Shown here one piece after another: positions 30,928 through 40,985 of a DNA stretch of 64,000 nucleotides. The notes under the pieces were generated by a model, which was not told the origin of the DNA, ran no database searches, and saw nothing but the letters and a program-made list of their open reading frames with translations. Within the stretch, counting starts at the first letter, position 1, and each line of letters opens with the position of its first letter. A program made the position numbers and the translations under genes. The DNA comes from a virus (lineage: Duplodnaviria > Caudoviricetes): positions 32,001 to 96,000 of the IMG/VR virus record IMGVR_UViG_3300044557_000185, one strand, 5' to 3'.

Positions 30928-31308
30928 ATGAGCGTTTCTGCTCAGCAGATACACTGGCTTGACATAGCTACAGAACTTGCTAAGCTCAGTTCATGCAAGA
31001 AGAAACACGGTGCTTTAGTCGTAAGAAGCAACAATGTTCTGTCTGTCGGAATCAACAAGATGCGAAACAATCCTGCATACATGCTAGACAGACCATCAGG
31101 CATATCTGTTCATGCTGAAGAGCAAGCTTTGAAGGCATGCAGAGGTGATGCAGGCAATTCTACTATCTACGTAGCTAGAGTCTATTCTGATGGCACAGCC
31201 ACGATGTCTAAGCCATGCAAGAGATGCCAGAAGCTGATGAAAGCAGCTAACGTAAAGAATGCAGTGTATACAGACTGGCATGGCAATGCTTGCATCATGC
31301 ATGTATGA
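30928..31308 (+). CDS. Zn-dependent dCMP/cytidine deaminase-like protein
   Basis: HAEE and PCKRC motifs; HGALVV..N.VLSVGIN. Confidence 0.8.
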   Translation: MSVSAQQIHWLDIATELAKLSSCKKKHGALVVRSNNVLSVGINKMRNNPAYMLDRPSGISVHAEEQALKACRGDAGNSTIYVARVYSDGTATMSKPCKRCQKLMKAANVKNAVYTDWHGNACIMHV

Positions 31309-31311
31309 TTT

Positions 31312-31397
31312 ACGACGTTGTTCTATGTGAACTTGAAGTATTAGGTCTATATAATTTATAATACCTATTACTGAAGTATCACACGATTAAACGTCGT
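31312..31397. repeat. 86-bp palindrome, copy 5
   Basis: ACGACGTTGTTCTATGTGAAC...TATATAATTTATA...TAAACGTCGT, between convergent genes. Confidence 0.93.
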
Positions 31398-31430
31398 TAT
31401 TATGATGATATACTGAATGCAAATGTAGAA

Positions 31431-33932
31431 TCATAATCCAACTTTTCCAGTATTCGTCTCAACTGGAGAAGATATCTGCACATTTGTAGCTCCGCCATTA
31501 GTAGCGGACCAAGAATGAGTTACAGACTCTACGAATACAGTAACGCCTGCACCTTCTAGCCTGAGTCTTATGCCTGGCAGTATCTCTGGTCTGAATGTTA
31601 TCTTCAAAGTATTCGAGAAGCAAGCTGCCCATCTCTCCATGAAGATCAGCAAAGCTTTGACAGCTGTCATAGTCGAGTCTATTATGTAGTTGTCAGTAGT
31701 ATCGTATACTGAGACCCCGAATCTTTGCAATAGCTGAGATGCTGTCTTGCATCCTGTTATCGATATGTCTACAAGCTTGAGAAGACTGTCACCCTGCTTC
31801 TCCAATGATATAGTGCCATTTGATTGCAGAAGTCTTTGCACTTCATCGAATGTGCCTAGAGTTACTCCATACTGAGTGTCCATATGCTCTCTAGTAAGCA
31901 AGTAGACATGAGAAGTGTACATTGACTTGTTGAAGTCTGCAGAGTAGTCTACTATCTCGTACTGAGGTATCGATATCTCGTTGTTAAGAATGCCAGATGC
32001 ATGAAGCTTGCCGAAGTAGTCTGGAACGAATGCTGCAAACGATCCATCTGGCAAAGTCATGAACTCTCTCATAGACCCTTTGCAAAGCGATTGCACGAAT
32101 TCAAGCGCAGGCTTGTCATTGTACAGAGCTAATGGGCCAGTAAGAGCTTCAGACTCATAGCTTGGTGTCTGCCCTACATAAGTGACATACTTGAACAGCT
32201 TGTATGCTAGGTCTTCAGCAGTAGCAGTAGCAGAGTCAGACGAACTGCCATCTGATGAGCCAGAGTCGTCAGAAGACCCAGTCACTCCAGTAGGTCTAAG
32301 ATACCCTGCAAGCGAATAGCCACCAGAGTTCTTTGGCATCGTCATTCTGAAGACAGTTGGTATTGACCCTCCCTGCGACAAGCAGTCCACGCCTGATCCC
32401 TTGTCAGAAAGCACTATAGCGACATGCCCATATCCTCCATCACCAGGACTGCTTCTCCACAGCACTATGTCGCCTTTCTGGCATGTTTCGCTTGGAGGTA
32501 TCTTCTTCAGCACATTTCCGCTAGATCCTTTCGGCATAGCATTGTAGAAAGCGCCATTTCCTCCAGCATCTTGCATCATCTCTGGACTGCCCATGCTGAA
32601 GCCCAAGACTTCCTTGCCGTAAGACAGGTACAGATCCCAGCACTGATGCCCGAAAGCTCCATCTACATCAAGAGATGGAGTGCCATCAGCATGCTTCTTC
32701 AGGAATGCATCTAGCTTTCTATCCATAGCTGTCGATCCAGTAGCTGAATTTGATGTATGCGAACTAGACGAGCCAGACGAAGAAGAGCTGTTAGTCTTAC
32801 CAATCTGCTTGTCTATGAAAGCTTTCCACTTGTCAAGAGTCTTGTAAGTAGTATTGCCAATCTTAAGATAGGCATTGCTTGGAAGCTTCAGATCAGCTTT
32901 GCCTTTTTTGTCTTTGATATTGAGACCAGTGAAATAGTAGAATATGATGCAAGCAGCATCTTCACTTCCTGTGCCTTTTGATATGTCTAAGCATATAGCT
33001 TTCATAGCTTTGTCCTGAGCAGATGCTGAGCAGTCTTTAGCTGCTTTGTCGATCTTAGCCCATTTCTTCATCTGCTCTTGAGTCAGACCATACTTGCCAG
33101 TATGACCTTCTCCATCCATATGCGTCCAGTCATAAGTGGTATTGCTGTTTGCATTGACGAATCCAACTTTTTTGCCCACATCATTCATGTTAGATTTAGC
33201 ATCAAGATTCAGCATTTTCTTGATGACGCCTTGATAAGAATCTACATCTCCAGCTGCAGCAGATCCATTTTTGCTAGAAGAAGCATCAGACATGTTAGTT
33301 GGACCGAACAGCTGCTGGAATATAGACAGAGCCATGTCATCAGACTGAGCTTTGCCGTCAGTTATCGATCCTATTATGTCTTCTACGAACTTATTCTGAT
33401 TAGGGAACTTAGCTATCTTTATCATGCTAGACGGAAAGCCGCAGACATCTTGCAAGAACTGCACTAGCTGAGACCCTGATTCTGCGTCATTGCTTGACTT
33501 GCTATCATTGCTAAGTACAGACATTGTGCCGTTCCAGTACTTCTCTATAGCTTTAGTGGAATACGGATCCCAGTAGATGTAGTGCAAGTCGCCTATAGCA
33601 TCTTCACAATCGAATGAGTAGCTTATATTGTAGAAGCCGAAAGCTGGGCATTTCGATATCTTGCCAGTGAAAGCTTCTATAGTCTTGTCGTTCTTTAGGA
33701 AGCTTATGTGCACAGCATCGCCAGGGTGCAGCTTCCATTTACCAGCGCTGTACTTGCCCTGAGAATACGATCCTGCATTGTTCAGAGTGACTGAGGCTGT
33801 AGATATAGCAGACTTTCGTCTTGATACAGTGACAGACTCAACATCATCAGACACGTCTATTATGGAGTTGTTTGCAAGACGCACCATGACTTCCACTCCA
33901 GAATAGAAAGCTTCTGTTACTTGATTGCTCAT
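31431..33932 (-). CDS. baseplate hub/tail lysin with inserted CHAP-type amidase domain
   Basis: QCWDL and GHVAIV catalytic motifs; hub-like termini (FRPEILPG.R, VESVTHSW). Confidence 0.75.
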   Translation of the reverse strand: MSNQVTEAFYSGVEVMVRLANNSIIDVSDDVESVTVSRRKSAISTASVTLNNAGSYSQGKYSAGKWKLHPGDAVHISFLKNDKTIEAFTGKISKCPAFGFYNISYSFDCEDAIGDLHYIYWDPYSTKAIEKYWNGTMSVLSNDSKSSNDAESGSQLVQFLQDVCGFPSSMIKIAKFPNQNKFVEDIIGSITDGKAQSDDMALSIFQQLFGPTNMSDASSSKNGSAAAGDVDSYQGVIKKMLNLDAKSNMNDVGKKVGFVNANSNTTYDWTHMDGEGHTGKYGLTQEQMKKWAKIDKAAKDCSASAQDKAMKAICLDISKGTGSEDAACIIFYYFTGLNIKDKKGKADLKLPSNAYLKIGNTTYKTLDKWKAFIDKQIGKTNSSSSSGSSSSHTSNSATGSTAMDRKLDAFLKKHADGTPSLDVDGAFGHQCWDLYLSYGKEVLGFSMGSPEMMQDAGGNGAFYNAMPKGSSGNVLKKIPPSETCQKGDIVLWRSSPGDGGYGHVAIVLSDKGSGVDCLSQGGSIPTVFRMTMPKNSGGYSLAGYLRPTGVTGSSDDSGSSDGSSSDSATATAEDLAYKLFKYVTYVGQTPSYESEALTGPLALYNDKPALEFVQSLCKGSMREFMTLPDGSFAAFVPDYFGKLHASGILNNEISIPQYEIVDYSADFNKSMYTSHVYLLTREHMDTQYGVTLGTFDEVQRLLQSNGTISLEKQGDSLLKLVDISITGCKTASQLLQRFGVSVYDTTDNYIIDSTMTAVKALLIFMERWAACFSNTLKITFRPEILPGIRLRLEGAGVTVFVESVTHSWSATNGGATNVQISSPVETNTGKVGL

Positions 33933-33953
33933 TCTTGTCTTCCTGCCGTATTC

Positions 33954-34661
33954 CTATTTGCCAGACAGATGCTGAAGATACGAATACACATCGCTATTGC
34001 TAGCTAATGTCTCAGCTAGATCCTGACTGAATGGCACTGTGAATGATGCTGACTGCATGCTACTGCTCAATGGCTTAGTGTAGTCTATTGGCTTAGTGCA
34101 TGATATTCTGACATTGCCATCGCCAAGATATGCTATCGTCATGCCAGCAATCTGCTTGTTCTCTTTAGACCACTTGTCATACAAGTTCTTGTTGTTGTCT
34201 TTAGCTATGCCTCCAAGCTTGTCATCTATGCTTTCATTCTCAAGCATTGACTCTACTATCTTTATGACGTCTGTCGATACTATCATGTCTGTCATAGATG
34301 TCTGGAACATGTTAGTCAGAAGCAAGAATGATGCAGTCAAGTCTTTAGTCGGCGCTCCAGCTGTCTCTTGCCATGAGAAGCTAGCTATTGTGACTTTGTA
34401 GTTCATATGCTGCTCAGGCCAAGACAGAGTCAGTATCGCATTTCCTCTCTGCCATCTTTGGAAGCACATAGCTGTCTGCTCTTGCACTTCTTGCGGACCA
34501 TTTCTGAATGTGACTGTCATGCTGTCTTGTCGTGGATGCTTAGCTTGGAACCATGCATTTCTTTGAGCTACAGAAGTGCTAGCATCAGATTGCATAGTCC
34601 AAGACATTCGTATTGGAAGCACTTCTACCATAGTATCAGAAGAATATAGTGTCATAGACAT
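33954..34661 (-). CDS. putative baseplate/tail protein
   Basis: Position in the tail operon. Confidence 0.5.
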   Translation of the reverse strand: MSMTLYSSDTMVEVLPIRMSWTMQSDASTSVAQRNAWFQAKHPRQDSMTVTFRNGPQEVQEQTAMCFQRWQRGNAILTLSWPEQHMNYKVTIASFSWQETAGAPTKDLTASFLLLTNMFQTSMTDMIVSTDVIKIVESMLENESIDDKLGGIAKDNNKNLYDKWSKENKQIAGMTIAYLGDGNVRISCTKPIDYTKPLSSSMQSASFTVPFSQDLAETLASNSDVYSYLQHLSGK

Positions 34662-34693
34662 GATATGTTACCCTTATTGACAATCATTATCAT

Positions 34694-35581
34694 TTAATAC
34701 CATCCGACGGACAACTCGTGTTGCCAGCTTTGTGACGGACTTCCATACCTGTCCTTTATGTACTTAAGCCCCCACTCTATCTGAGTCTTCGGATTGGTCT
34801 TCCAGTCAGCACCAGCAGATGCCATCTTCTCGGGTGGCAGAGACTGCACGATACCATATGCGCCAGAAGATTGATTAGTAGCTTTGTAGTTCCAGCCTGA
34901 CTCCTGATTCCATAGCTTGACAAGAGCAGCGAAGTCTGCTTCAGTCCACCCCATGTCAAGCACTCTCTGATGAGCATACTTCTGGCAATCGACAGGAGAA
35001 TTAGAAGCGAGATCTGCAGATGTGCCTACTGTCTGACCCTTGACTTCTACTCCATTTGGCGTAAGTCCAGTGATCGGCTGCAAAGTGTAGTCTCCAGTCC
35101 CTCCATGCCAGCCTTCATCTCCAGATGTGAAGCCTATGTCTTGTCTGATAGCATTGAACAGAGAGGACATGTCGCTTTTTGTCATGGGAGATGAATTTCT
35201 GACTACATCGAATGATATAGCGTATGGGATAGACTTCGTGTCAAGGCTCTTAGAGTAAGCATAGTCTCCCAAAGCGCATATGACATCTATGCCCTTGTCT
35301 GGGAACTGAAGTCTTGTGGGTATGTTGTTCTGTTGGTTCTGAAGGACAGACTTGTAGAATGAAGCGAATACATATGCTATGGAGTCAAGATCAGATGGAG
35401 ATGCTGGTCTTGCGCATAGATCGCCACTGAAAGCTCCAGACTCTGTCTTGCCAAGAAGCTGTATGACTCTGCCTTGCAATGTGTCAGATATAGTGTACTT
35501 AGGCTTGACAGTGTAAGACCAGTCTGTAGGGTTAGTCGCAAATGAATATGCAGCTGTGCCTGATGTGATAGATATGACCAT
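34694..35581 (-). CDS. tail protein with C-terminal lytic transglycosylase domain
   Basis: QESGWN..ATN.SSGAYGIVQSLP...WGLKYIKDRYG. Confidence 0.8.
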   Translation of the reverse strand: MVISITSGTAAYSFATNPTDWSYTVKPKYTISDTLQGRVIQLLGKTESGAFSGDLCARPASPSDLDSIAYVFASFYKSVLQNQQNNIPTRLQFPDKGIDVICALGDYAYSKSLDTKSIPYAISFDVVRNSSPMTKSDMSSLFNAIRQDIGFTSGDEGWHGGTGDYTLQPITGLTPNGVEVKGQTVGTSADLASNSPVDCQKYAHQRVLDMGWTEADFAALVKLWNQESGWNYKATNQSSGAYGIVQSLPPEKMASAGADWKTNPKTQIEWGLKYIKDRYGSPSQSWQHELSVGWY

Positions 35582-35583
35582 GA

Positions 35584-37548
35584 CTACTTGCCTATTCTCA
35601 TAGAGTCAGAGCCAGAATAGATTCTCTGTAGCGTCTCGTCTTTCTTAGCCATCTTAGCATACAGACCATCATCTGCGCTTATCTTTATGTTGATGTCTGA
35701 TGAAGACTTAGTATCGCTATTGCTTCTTGACTTTCTAGATGTGCTCTTAGATTCGCCGTAATCAGATTCTCCTACTGCTACTTTTCTAGCTCTGTCTACA
35801 GAGCCTATGACAGCGCCAAGGCCAGCTCTGTCCAGATTGTTCTCGTTCATATACTGTTCGCTAGTGCTTGTTCCAGGAAGAGTATTGAATCTCAACATAT
35901 TTCGCATAGCTCTTGAAGCGTCTTCAGGATGGTCATTCAGGTATCTTGTAGCCGTGACAGAGCTTTGAGAAGCTGCAAGAGCATCTCCGCCAAGAGAGCC
36001 AAGACCCTGCAAGAATGCCTTGTTGCTTACTAGCGCCTGAGCGTCTTTTACGCCTATGGTAGCGCCAGTAGTGTCTTTGACAGTTTTCTCAAGATTCGCT
36101 TGCACATCTGCAGCAATCTCCTCACCATCACTGCCGCCAGTTCCCTGATTTATCTTATTGCCTATTCCAGCAGCAGACTTAGTTATGTCATCTAGGCTTT
36201 GGCCTGTCGTCTTGGCTGTATCTTTCAAAGCATCCATTGAAGACTTGACAGCATCTGTTGAAGCGCCAGTCTTAAGCATCTGATCAGCCATAGACATCAT
36301 TGAATCAGGAAGCCCTGAGTCTTTGATGCTCTTCTTCAATTCAATGGAAGCATTGAAAGCTTCTGACCCATATGACAAACCAGTATCTGATGCACTTGCT
36401 CTGAAGTTAGCCAAGTCTTTGCCAGACACCTCTGTAAGACCAAGGAACTTCTGAGCATCTTGCCATCCGCCAGATGCCATCATCTTGGCACCTTCATCTG
36501 CACCTAAGCCATAGACATTGCCTTGTCTTTGTGCATCTCTATAGCCTTCCATGCCAGCTTTAGCAAGAGCCCCTACTGCTGTAACGCCTGCTAGAACAGG
36601 ATTGACTTTAGTAAGAAGATTTCCAGCAAGCGACATCAATCCACCACCAGCAGCAGCACCAGCTGCAGCATCTCCAGCTGCACCCGCTATGCCAGCGCCT
36701 GTTGCGCCTGTTGCAGCTTTTTCAGCGCCATCAGCTAAAGCACTTGAAGCTGCAGTACCTATCTTAGAAGTGGGCGCAGAGTCCAATGCTTCTGATACTA
36801 TTCCAGGTGTCTTAGTGACAGACTTGCCAGCTTGCAAAGCTTTTGAGATAGCAGTGCTGACAGACTTCATAGCTTCGTCAGAGTTAGCACCAGCTGATGA
36901 GCCAGTCTGTGGAATAGACGATATAGCATTTTCGCCCAATGCTTGCTTTGAGTCTATGACTGTCTTCATGTCAGACGATATCTCAGAAGCTTTAGCTCGC
37001 ATAGCAGTCTGGTCTATGTTTTCAGAAGCTGCTTTAGTCGCAAGTCTTGAATGCAAGCTGTCATAGAAAGAAGTGCCCATAGACATTACAGTATGCATTC
37101 CGTCAATGTACTTGTTGATTGACGAAGTGTACATGTCAAGATTCTTGACGACTTGATTCATGTTGAGAGTAGCGAATGCTTTTCGTATTTCGTCAGCATT
37201 AACTTTGCTGAATTGAGCTATCTTCCTGTCGTCGCTAGCATTAGATGTGCGACTTACTGCTGCTTTCTTCTCTTCATTCTGCTGTCGCTTGACTCTGTCA
37301 TTGTCATGCTTAGCACTGTCGACTTTCTGTCTTTCATTGCTCTCTTTGACAGCTTTAGCGATAGCTGCTATGTTGCTTTCGTAATCGCTCGGCTCATCGC
37401 TAGAACGAGATTCGGCATTAGCAGCACGCTCTTTCTCCCGCTTCTCGTCTTCTTCAGCATATCTGCTCTTTATCAGATCTATCAGATCACCTATAGATCT
37501 GCTGTCTTCGTCTTCGTCAAACGAGAAAGACACTGTGTCGTCTATCAT
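35584..37548 (-). CDS. tape measure protein (short)
   Basis: Ala/Gly-rich and helical, directly after the chaperone pair. Confidence 0.65.
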   Translation of the reverse strand: MIDDTVSFSFDEDEDSRSIGDLIDLIKSRYAEEDEKREKERAANAESRSSDEPSDYESNIAAIAKAVKESNERQKVDSAKHDNDRVKRQQNEEKKAAVSRTSNASDDRKIAQFSKVNADEIRKAFATLNMNQVVKNLDMYTSSINKYIDGMHTVMSMGTSFYDSLHSRLATKAASENIDQTAMRAKASEISSDMKTVIDSKQALGENAISSIPQTGSSAGANSDEAMKSVSTAISKALQAGKSVTKTPGIVSEALDSAPTSKIGTAASSALADGAEKAATGATGAGIAGAAGDAAAGAAAGGGLMSLAGNLLTKVNPVLAGVTAVGALAKAGMEGYRDAQRQGNVYGLGADEGAKMMASGGWQDAQKFLGLTEVSGKDLANFRASASDTGLSYGSEAFNASIELKKSIKDSGLPDSMMSMADQMLKTGASTDAVKSSMDALKDTAKTTGQSLDDITKSAAGIGNKINQGTGGSDGEEIAADVQANLEKTVKDTTGATIGVKDAQALVSNKAFLQGLGSLGGDALAASQSSVTATRYLNDHPEDASRAMRNMLRFNTLPGTSTSEQYMNENNLDRAGLGAVIGSVDRARKVAVGESDYGESKSTSRKSRSNSDTKSSSDINIKISADDGLYAKMAKKDETLQRIYSGSDSMRIGK

Positions 37549-37856
37549 GCTTTACCACCAAGATTGTGAGCTGACAGGAACTCCGATATCTTGCTCATGT
37601 CTACTTCTCCATTGATAGAATGTCTTTGGTTGACAGAGTCGTCTTCAGATGGGAATGCTGCTTCATGCATTTTCGGATTGATGAATGCTGTCAGCATCTT
37701 AGCCATATTGACATAGAACTCTTTGTCGTTCTTAGCATCGATCTCATCAAGATACTGCTTAATGTGCACATTGAGTCTAGATTCAGGCAGAGAATTGCTT
37801 CTGCAAAGCCATCTCAAACGAGATGCTGTCTTGTCAGACAGTCCCTGCCGAATCAT
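37545..37856 (-). CDS. tail assembly chaperone, frameshift extension (gpT-like)
   Basis: In the -1 frame relative to the upstream ORF. Confidence 0.6.
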   Translation of the reverse strand: MIRQGLSDKTASRLRWLCRSNSLPESRLNVHIKQYLDEIDAKNDKEFYVNMAKMLTAFINPKMHEAAFPSEDDSVNQRHSINGEVDMSKISEFLSAHNLGGKA

Positions 37857-38329
37857 TTTCCCAGTGCTTCAAGCTCTTTGTCTGATTCGTTCTTCATGTC
37901 TCTGTAAGCTAAGCAGTACTTCTCTATGAATTTAGAATAGTAGTCTTTAGCTTTTTCATATCTAGCTTCTGGAGTGTCGTCTCTTTTAGATATCGAAGGT
38001 ATGAAAGGCTCACCATCTATTCTAATCACAGACATAGCAAATATTGCTGTATTGTATGCAAGCGGATATGCTAAAGAATTCTCATACTGAGATACGAGAG
38101 TGAAAGCTTCCATCTCTTCTCTAGCATTCAGCACTTTCATTTCTACAGTATGCTTGAGAATAGACAAAGTCTGTCGTTTTTCACCTTGTCTAGCAGCTTC
38201 TATGATAGCAAACTCATCAGCCCGATCATGCGTCTCAGCTTCGTCATGCATTTCGACTTCATCTTCTGCATGCTGCTCTGCAGCTCTTGCTCTTTCTAGA
38301 GCTCTGTCTTGCTGTCGTCTTGATACCAT
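37853..38329 (-). CDS. tail assembly chaperone (gpG-like)
   Basis: Ends in G GGA AAA TGA, upstream of the tape measure gene. Confidence 0.65.
   Translation of the reverse strand: MVSRRQQDRALERARAAEQHAEDEVEMHDEAETHDRADEFAIIEAARQGEKRQTLSILKHTVEMKVLNAREEMEAFTLVSQYENSLAYPLAYNTAIFAMSVIRIDGEPFIPSISKRDDTPEARYEKAKDYYSKFIEKYCLAYRDMKNESDKELEALGK
37856..37862 (-). other. -1 programmed frameshift slippery site GGGAAAA
   Basis: X XXY YYZ heptamer joining the two chaperone frames. Confidence 0.7.
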
Positions 38330-38346
38330 ATGGCTGCTCGTTTCGT

Positions 38347-38500
38347 AGTAATGTTGCTTATATTTATGAACTACTTCTGAGTTAAAGATTCAGAAGCTTC
38401 CAGTTTCATCGAGTCCTGCGTATTCGAAAAAGATTCGAATGCGTCTAGTAGACTCTCCACTGGCTTAAAGTCCCTACATTCCATAGGTATTTGATTTGAT
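38347..38500 (-). ncRNA. probable omegaRNA/right end overlapping the tnpB 3' end; 5' limit approximate
   Basis: Terminal hairpin CTTCTGA/TCAGAAG then TAGTTCA (boundary about 38367); putative guide TAAATATAAGCAACATTACT. Confidence 0.55.
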
Positions 38501-39666
38501 TGTTCAGCAAATCTAATCATGTTCCTTGCAGCATGGACATCTCTATCGCAATGATATCCGCAGTCACAGGAATACGTTCTTGCTGACAATGGCATGCCAT
38601 TCTTCTTGCCACATATGCACATCTTAGTGGTTGGTTGCCATTTGTCTAGAACAATAGTTCTCTGGTTTGCGATTAGCTTTGCTTTGACTCTTCCAAGAAT
38701 CGATTGCCGAATTCCCTTTGAGCCACGAGCAATAGACTTTCTCATTCTCCAAGAACTGATGTTCTCATCCTGCATGCAGACATGCTCATGCTGCAACAGA
38801 TAGTGAACTACCTGATTTGCTATGTTGTTCTTTTTGTTTGTCAGCTTTCGATATTCACTATGAATGCAATCAAGATTCTTCCTATAGCCGTTAGAGCCTT
38901 TTGTCTGACGCGACAATTTCTTGTGCAACCGTCTCAAGTGCTCGGTTTCTCCGACTACAGTCTTGATCTTGATTCCATTGGATAGAGTGATGTGGGTCTT
39001 TACTCCCATATCTATACCAATTGCTGAACCATCTACAAAATCTTCTTTTTGCTTGTCTCTGAAACAGGTGACAGCAAGATAGTATCCATCAGGCTTATTC
39101 AGAAGATGAGCATTTGCAAGTTCATATCCATGAATCTGCTCAGCTCCGTTGACATGAACCCATCCACCGACTTTCTGAATTCTAGCTTTATTGTTTTTAA
39201 TCTTATATGTACGATTTGCCTGTTGAAGATTGATTGATGAGACGTTGGAAACAAATCTGAGCTTGCCAACTTTACCACCATGCTTCTTTTTTGTTGATAA
39301 AGCTTTGATGTTCTGCTTGACTTCTGCAACGACTGATTGCTTCATCTGAGCACTAAGATATCTGAATTTTCTGGACACCGTTTTATCAGGAAGCTTTACA
39401 TCGACTTCATTCTGAATTCTATATCCGTCAAGACCTTTGGCTATCACATCGTTTCTCAACCATTTTGCCTCAACGAACATCATCTTTAGCTGTTCTTTCT
39501 GAGTCTTATTCAGTTTGTTTGTCTGAATCTTCAGATTGAACACATTGCAAGTCTGATGTCTTCTTCGTTCTCGAGTCATCTTCATTGATCTGGCAATTGA
39601 AGCGTTCTTGGATAGACGCTTGTAGTCATCCATGCTTCTCTTAATGTCAGTCAATGTTTTATTCAT
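38371..39666 (-). CDS. tnpB: RNA-guided endonuclease TnpB (IS200/IS605-type), no TnpA nearby
   Basis: GIDMG (RuvC-I), QDE (RuvC-II), C.CG...C.CG zinc ribbon, DRDVHAARN (RuvC-III). Confidence 0.9.
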   Translation of the reverse strand: MNKTLTDIKRSMDDYKRLSKNASIARSMKMTRERRRHQTCNVFNLKIQTNKLNKTQKEQLKMMFVEAKWLRNDVIAKGLDGYRIQNEVDVKLPDKTVSRKFRYLSAQMKQSVVAEVKQNIKALSTKKKHGGKVGKLRFVSNVSSINLQQANRTYKIKNNKARIQKVGGWVHVNGAEQIHGYELANAHLLNKPDGYYLAVTCFRDKQKEDFVDGSAIGIDMGVKTHITLSNGIKIKTVVGETEHLRRLHKKLSRQTKGSNGYRKNLDCIHSEYRKLTNKKNNIANQVVHYLLQHEHVCMQDENISSWRMRKSIARGSKGIRQSILGRVKAKLIANQRTIVLDKWQPTTKMCICGKKNGMPLSARTYSCDCGYHCDRDVHAARNMIRFAEQSNQIPMECRDFKPVESLLDAFESFSNTQDSMKLEASESLTQK

Positions 39667-39707
39667 ATTTTAATTATATCAAACGGGCTTGATGCAACTA
39701 GATTGTC

Positions 39708-39794
39708 TCAAGATTGATCTCTAGTGAACTTAGAATCTGATGCATATATAATTATATATACTTGATACTGGAAGTCCACAGAGAACAACGTCGT
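39708..39794. repeat. 86-bp-family palindrome, copy 6 (variant left arm)
   Basis: AGATTGATCTCTAGTGAAC...TATATAATTATATA...CACAGAGAACAACGTCGT. Confidence 0.9.
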
Positions 39795-39828
39795 TATTCT
39801 GGTGATATAGCCAGTGCAATGTATGGAA

Positions 39829-40875
39829 TCAAAACATTCCAGCATATGGAGACTTGAACTTAGACGGCTTAGCATATGCATCTATGTCAGACACAGCTGA
39901 ATTTAGCGAATCAGACGGGCTAGACACTACATTATTCAGATATCTGTCTGCTCTAGCATTAGTCTGGTCTGAAAGAAGTCTGTACGCTAGCACCATCAAG
40001 CAGTCGACAAGATCTGAGTGCCCAAGATTACCTATTCTTGGCTTGACTACTTTCCCATTCACTATCTGCAAAGCTTCCAGTTCTGCTTGAAGCATGCACC
40101 TAGCTGTCTCCCAAGTGTTCATGTCATCGAAGTACGAATGAACCCAATGCTCATTTATGCACATCTTCAATATCTCGTACATCTTAGTGTTCTTGCTTCC
40201 AGTGAATGTCTCTTCAAACACTTTGCAAGCTATGTTGTTATCATGGCAGTATGCCATCAGATCCTGTATCGGCATTACTGAATTGAACTGATCGAATGAT
40301 ATCGTCTTAAGTCTGAACAGAGCTATTAGCTGCTTTATGTCATTCAGTATGGGTCTGTATTCTATCTGACCTGATTCGAACTGACTTGACTTGTAGACTG
40401 AATACCAGTCGACTATCATGTGCTTGTAGCTTATGCCGAACTCATCTGGCTCATTCAGTTCAGAATGGCATATCATGACAGCAAAGTCGTCGTTGACTTT
40501 AGCTGGATCGCAATGCATATGGTACTCTTTGGAGTATTCACCCTGATTTCGCTTCTCAAGATGCATGTGAATGCCATTGATGTCGAAGTCATCGAATATC
40601 TTAGCTACTGCTTGAGGAGACAGATAGACGTTCAAGCCCTCGACGAACTGAGCTCTGTTCTCAACTCTAGCATTTATCGGATCAGCTGCTTCTTCAGCTG
40701 CCATAGCTTGCTCTTCAATTGAGCCATTTGCATCAGGCTTGAACTGTATTGGCCTGGAGAATGCAAGACGCTTGTAAGCTTTAGCTTTATGAAAAGCATC
40801 TAGCTCAATATTGCTCATATCTGAAGTATCAATTGCTTCAGAATCCAACACTTTTACGAAATGTCCCATTTTCAC
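39829..40875 (-). CDS. terminase large subunit, C-terminal (nuclease) fragment
   Basis: HCDPAKVNDDF, ISFDQFNS and SDLVDCL RNase H-fold motifs. Confidence 0.8.
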   Translation of the reverse strand: MKMGHFVKVLDSEAIDTSDMSNIELDAFHKAKAYKRLAFSRPIQFKPDANGSIEEQAMAAEEAADPINARVENRAQFVEGLNVYLSPQAVAKIFDDFDINGIHMHLEKRNQGEYSKEYHMHCDPAKVNDDFAVMICHSELNEPDEFGISYKHMIVDWYSVYKSSQFESGQIEYRPILNDIKQLIALFRLKTISFDQFNSVMPIQDLMAYCHDNNIACKVFEETFTGSKNTKMYEILKMCINEHWVHSYFDDMNTWETARCMLQAELEALQIVNGKVVKPRIGNLGHSDLVDCLMVLAYRLLSDQTNARADRYLNNVVSSPSDSLNSAVSDIDAYAKPSKFKSPYAGMF

Positions 40876-40985
40876 CAGATTAACTGTAGTAATTGAAGCT
40901 TGTATATATAATTATATACTAACAGTTTACTGCAATTAATCTGAGTGATTCATGAGAACATGCTAAATTGCATTTTTGCATAATG

